Shown: positions 63,407 to 64,000 of the stretch, in pieces
Layout of the letters: each line of letters starts with the position of its first letter
How positions within the stretch are numbered: position 1 is the first letter of the stretch
DNA from: Lingula anatina
Lineage: Eukaryota > Animalia > Brachiopoda
Reading direction: 5' to 3'
Assembly (NCBI GenBank): GCA_051362555.1
Contig: CM120642.1
Coordinates: 6,696,001-6,760,000 of the forward strand
DNA length: 64,000 bases
Notes under the pieces: generated by a model
What the model was told of the DNA's origin: nothing
The model's database searches: none
What the model saw: only the letters and a program-made list of their open reading frames with translations
Position numbers and translations under genes: made by a program

Positions 63407-64000
63407 ATATTATAATATTTTTGAAATTTTTGTGCCACTATTTTGCCACACGTGCCGTGCTCGCTCGAAAAAAAACCGGAATTGAAGATGTGCGCAAGTG
63501 TGCATATGCTCTCGCATAAAACGGGAATCTCGTATGACCTCATTTGTATAGAAACGAAATAGAACCTTAAATTATGTTACAATTACAACTTATAAAGTTC
63601 TTATTAACTGTTTAAATTGCTAAATGATTCATAAAGTCTTACCTCATTGCGCGTGTGTCACGGGTCTATCCTTGGATTCTCAAATATCATTGGACGACCG
63701 CATGAAGTGATGACGTCATCACACAATTACGCAAAAACACCGGCACATCTAAAGCAATGCTGAAGTGAAATTGAGAAAGTTACCATCTCGATCGGCTTTT
63801 TCCGTAATTGTTATCCCAAGCGAAATAAATATTTTTCATAAGGCTCTTCGGGGCACGCACTTTAATTTTCCAAAAAAGACCATTCTTATAATAAGCTTTC
63901 TTTATATATATATAATATATATATAACATATTATGTTATATGTTGAATTTTTATTATTTTAAAACACTTAGATGAAAAATTGCCTTTGATGCATATGTTG

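Larger units (their letters stand above)
58705..63564 (-). mobile_element. Full-length DIRS1-type tyrosine-recombinase retrotransposon with inverted terminal repeats and an internal complementary region (~59077-59240)
   Basis: gag-like ORF, RT/RNaseH/MT ORF and YR ORF on the minus strand. The ICR is the reverse complement of the left terminus (58705-~58780) joined to the reverse complement of the right terminus (63482-63564) at ...tttttgaa|ttctatttcg. Confidence 0.93.

Overview
Eukaryotic, AT-rich animal DNA with spliceosomal introns; the repeat types suggest a marine invertebrate, which is an inference. Three host genes can be assembled from splice sites: (1) the last four coding exons of an SLC22-family transporter (+, 769-2302); (2) a complete 7-exon DUSP12/YVH1 phosphatase (+, 24937-27574) with one GC-AG intron; (3) an unusual type-I membrane protein (-, 30536-42940) with signal peptide, LamG/ConA-like domain, a ~300-aa (GTGGPP)n Gly-X-Y exon, a second collagen segment and a C-terminal TM helix. 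The dominant feature is an 11-copy, near-identical tandem array of a ~1626-bp non-coding unit (~4.9-22.75 kb). Each unit carries two consecutive RNA polymerase III type-2 (A box/B box/oligo-T) cassettes, one vault/VA-RNA-like and one tRNA-like head plus two hairpins. Diverged relics of the unit flank the array, and an inverted relic lies beyond DUSP12. The right half is a nest of transposons: Kolobok-, hAT- and Harbinger-type MITEs, Helentron-type non-autonomous elements, a long-TIR Academ-like element, a Tx1/L1 LINE with an 18-bp TSD hosting a second LINE, a full-length DIRS retrotransposon with ITRs and ICR, and a perfect 126-bp palindrome. All calls were made by eye; no database searches were run.
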